From assembly GCF_963921235.1 (NCBI RefSeq), contig NC_086097.1, positions 24,802,001-24,866,000 on the forward strand: DNA of 64,000 nucleotides, in the 5' to 3' direction. Position 1 is the first letter of the stretch. Each line of letters starts with the position of its first letter. Position numbers and translations under genes: made by a program. The notes below the pieces were generated by a model. That model did no database searches and was not told the origin of the DNA. It was given only the letters and a program-made list of their open reading frames with translations. The stretch is from Mobula hypostoma. Lineage: Eukaryota. Below, one piece after another: positions 62,646-64,000 of the stretch.

Positions 62646-64000
62646 TATCCTGAAGTGAGAGGGTAAGCAGCCAGAGGTCGTGGTACATATTGGTACCAAC
62701 GATGTAGGTAGAAAAAGGGTGGAGGTTCTGAAAGCAGACGACAGGGAGTTAGGAAGGAAGCTGAGAAGCAGGACCTTAAAGGTAGTTATCTCAGGTTTGC
62801 TGCTTGTGCCACATGACAGTGAGTATAGGAATAGAAAGAGGTGGTGGATAAATGTGTGGCTGAAGGATTGAAGCAGGGAGCAGGGATTCAGATTTCTGGA
62901 TCATTGGGACCTCTTCTGGGGCAGGTGTGACCTGTACAAAAAGGACGGGTTGCACTTGAATCCGAGGGGGGCCAATATCCTGGTTGGGAGGTTTGGTAAT
63001 GCTATTGGGGAGGGTTTAAACTAGATTTGCAGGGGGGTGGGAACTGAATTGAAGAGGCAGAGGATGGGGCTGTTGGCACACAAGTAGAAACAGCTTGTAG
63101 GGAGTTTGTGAGGAAGGACAGGCAGATGATAGGGCAAAGATGCACTCAGCCTGATGGTTTGAGATGTGTCTATTTTAATGAAAGAAGTATCATAAACGAG
63201 GTGGATGAACTTAGAGCGTGGATCCATATGTGGAACTATGACATTGTGACCATTACAGAGCTTGGAAGTCTCAGGGGCAGGAATGGTGGCTGAGTTTGCC
63301 AGACTTTAGATGTTCAAAAAGGACAGGGAGGGAGGCAAAAGAGGTCTGCAGAAAAGCAGAAAATCATGGAGGGATTATCTACTGAGTCAGTGTGGGTGGA
63401 AATTAGAAACAGGAAGGGGGAAATAGCTCTACAGGATGTTTTTTATTGACCTCTCAATAGTAACAGCGAGGAGCAGATGGGGAGGCAGATTATGGAATGG
63501 TGTGATAATAATAAGCTTGTTGTGATGGTATTTTAACTTTCCTAATATTGATTGGCATCTCCTTAGAATGAGGGGTTCAGATAGGGTGGAGTTTATTGGG
63601 TGTGTTCAGGAAGGTTTCCTGACACAATATGTAGATAAGCCAACTAGAGAGAGGTTGTACCTGATCTGGTATAGGGAAATGGACCTGGTCAGGTGTCAGA
63701 TCTCTCTGTGGGAGAGCATTTTGAGGGTAGGATCACAACCCTATCTTCTTTACCATATCGCTGGAGAGGGATAGGAGCAAACAATTTGGGAAAACATTTA
63801 ATTGGGGTAGGGGGAAATATGATGCTATTAGGCAAGAATTTGGAAGCATAAATTGGGAACAGACGTTTTCAGGGAAATGCATGGCAGAAATGTGACAAAT
63901 GTTCAGGGAACATCTGCATGGCGTTCTGCATAGGTCTCTTCCATTGATGCAGGGAAAGGATGGTAGGGTAAAAGAACCATTGTGTACAAAGGATGTAGCA
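62646..64000 (+). mobile_element. CR1 LINE ORF1 esterase end and APE endonuclease (runs off the window)
   Basis: VVHIGTNDVGRK..VVISGLL; DGLRCVYFNERSIINEVDELRAWI. Confidence 0.85.

Overview
Eukaryotic, transposon-saturated intronic or intergenic DNA, probably from a cartilaginous fish (ray or shark; inferred only from the repeat repertoire). No host gene can be identified with confidence. Most of the window is nested retroelements: many CR1 LINEs (two very young, near-identical copies), Rex1/Babar-like 3' fragments, two L1-type insertions with clean target-site duplications (TSDs), a decayed two-LTR Gypsy element, a Gmr1-like Gypsy with a SCAN-type gag and an in-frame pol deletion, solo LTRs, Penelope (GIY-YIG) elements, SINEs and Tc1/pogo DNA transposons. 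The most interesting signals are: (1) minimal type I hammerhead-ribozyme motifs in the Penelope terminal repeats, in about 9 intact-to-decayed copies including a tandem pair and an inverted pair; (2) a DD38E (Intruder-type) Tc1-like transposase; (3) the SCAN-gag Gmr1 element with a protease-to-RNase H fusion; (4) a few unique islands that may be small minus-strand host exons. None of these is demonstrably a new biological system; most are instances of known classes. No alignments or database searches were run.
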